DNA of 64,000 nucleotides from Bispira polyomma (Eukaryota): NCBI GenBank assembly GCA_965649765.1, contig OZ287748.1, positions 27,466,001 to 27,530,000 of the forward strand, read 5' to 3'. Shown piece by piece: positions 62,148 to 64,000 of this stretch (position 1 is its first letter; each line of letters starts with the position of its first letter). The notes under the pieces were generated by a model. It saw only the letters and a program-made list of their open reading frames with translations, ran no database searches and was not told where the DNA came from. The position numbers and the translations under genes were made by a program.

Positions 62148-64000
62148 GTAAGTTGACTAACACTGGTCTTCATGTAAAAACATAAAAACCCCCATGTGAA
62201 TTGGCTCTAAATACAATACCATTTGATTGTAACATATTAGGTTCTATACCAATACAGTAAAGTCAAACCTCTACTATCCAACTTCTATTATCTGAATATT
62301 TTGATTTAATTTATTCATTTTACTCTCCTAAAGTAATGGGTTTGTGCTATTGTTTTTATACTGAAATGCCTCTTCTATTTTATAAATTTTCTATTATCTG
62401 AACAAAATCTTGCTCTCCTAATATGTTCAGTTATTAGAAGTTTTACTGTGTTTAGTATATTCTTTTGCATATATTAAAAAACTATTATTTTCCTTAAAAA
62501 AATATACATACATTTTTTCTAGAGCTAGGATTCTTCACAGTTTCTATATTTAACTGATTTTTCAACATAGTTTTACTGTTTATTTTGTTGCATGTATGTG
62601 TTACAGTTTCAACAGCAATGACCGATAAATGTGACCTAGTTGTATGGGCATTGCTTTCACACGATTAGATCACACACAAAAATAAAAGGCATAGTGTGCG
62701 CATTTTGACAAGTATTTGAATTCCTCTTACTAGTTCTGAAAACTCGCGTAGTTTATTGAAGCAACTGCATCTGTTTCAGTCAACAAAAATGTAGAATATT
62801 GGAAAGGGTTAATGTAATTAACCAAGTGAGCAGAAGTCCGCTCATATATCTGTCCATCATATACCACACAAAAAAAAAAGAACACAAATTGAATGTACGG
62901 TTTGTGTTGGTCTGTTAAGTGAGCCAGCTGTTACATACAGACAAGTACATTTTCTTTGTCATTGAGTATGTTCTCCTCATAGAAAAATACTTATACGTCT
63001 GATATTGGAAATCTTTTTAACATTTGTGTAAAAAAAAGTGCGATTATCAGTGGGGTCTGTTGATCAACAATGCCAATTTGCAAATGCCATGTCAGTTAAT
63101 AGGTACTGATAATTGACATAATCAGTTGGAAAAAAAACAACCTGAAAGCTGACTGTACATTTATCTGAAGCAGCGATTACAAATTGTAAACAAGATGTTT
63201 GACAATATCTTTGCTGTCAAACAAAGATAAAAAAGGCTGAATGAAATCTCTGCTTTCATTTTCCAATTAGAGTTTTCAGTATTTAATAGAGAAATAAAGA
63301 CACCCCTTATATTATTCCTCTCAAACCAATACATTTAATTTACCGAAAAATATAATGCTTATACAAACACAGTAAAAATTGTAAAAAGTTTGTAATACTA
63401 AAATGACATACTTTAGAAAGATTTGGCATATAAAACATTGCAAATGCTTAAAATCTACAGGATACAAGTATTTTACTTTTAGTTTGATGGGAAAATTGAT
63501 TGCTATTTCAACCCATTGGCCCTCAACCTATATCGTGAAAATAGACAGCTGAAATATTGTGACACTGCTATGAATAATAACTATATGCCTATAATATATA
63601 ACATGATTATCCTGACCTTGATTATGTACCTTAACATTTAAATATGTAAGTGTTAATGCAGCGACTCTTTTGTTTTATATTTGGATTCAAGGAGGAGGGG
63701 GGGGGGGGGGGGGAAACAGTTGCAATTTTGTTTGTTCAAAGTGACATTGAGGCAACTTTTTTTCTAACTACCGGAATGATTAAAATGACCCGAACAAACT
63801 TATTTTATATCTGATAACCATGCTTTGGCAAACTAGTCATTGTACCAAACATAAGTTTATAGAAATGATCTTTTCCTTTTTGAAATTGTAAAAATGAAAC
63901 TGAAACTTATCTTCAATGAAAATTCAATTATTGTATCTTTTTTAACACACATGAAAAAAAAAATCTGTTGCCTTGTAGTTTATGATACAGAATGGTGAAA

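Noticed and set aside
60885-63715. Poly-G tracts (60885-60903, ~63697-63713) as functional G-quadruplex elements
   Set aside because: These are simple intronic homopolymers with no other support, and their lengths are unreliable in assemblies.

Overview
AT-rich, intron-containing animal genomic DNA. The host is probably a mollusc or other lophotrochozoan, inferred only from the repeat types. Three host genes can be read from spliced exons: the 5' part of SHPRH (minus strand, running off the left end), a complete 5-exon akirin gene (plus strand), and the first two coding exons of myosin VI (plus strand, running off the right end). SHPRH intron 2 holds a full-length but decayed DIRS1-type tyrosine-recombinase retrotransposon (~2486-8358) with ITRs and an internal complementary region. 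The centre of the window is a full-length ~20.35 kb Polinton/Maverick (adintovirus-like) endogenous virus at 24807-45159, with AGTAGT-ended TIRs and a 6-bp TCCTGT target-site duplication. It carries the usual core: pPolB, integrase, packaging ATPase, adenain protease, and major and minor capsid. Its accessory set is unusual: a NADAR (YbiA-like) domain fused in frame to the C-terminus of the DNA polymerase, a BIR/IAP gene, two PC4-like genes, and two related Cys-rich/LRR-like secreted or membrane proteins. The left-arm genes contain spliceosomal introns, and two of those introns contain long RNA hairpins. The rest of the window is SINEs, MITEs, a LINE fragment, a MADF/Harbinger remnant and tandem repeats. 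All domain calls are by eye from motifs; no searches were run.
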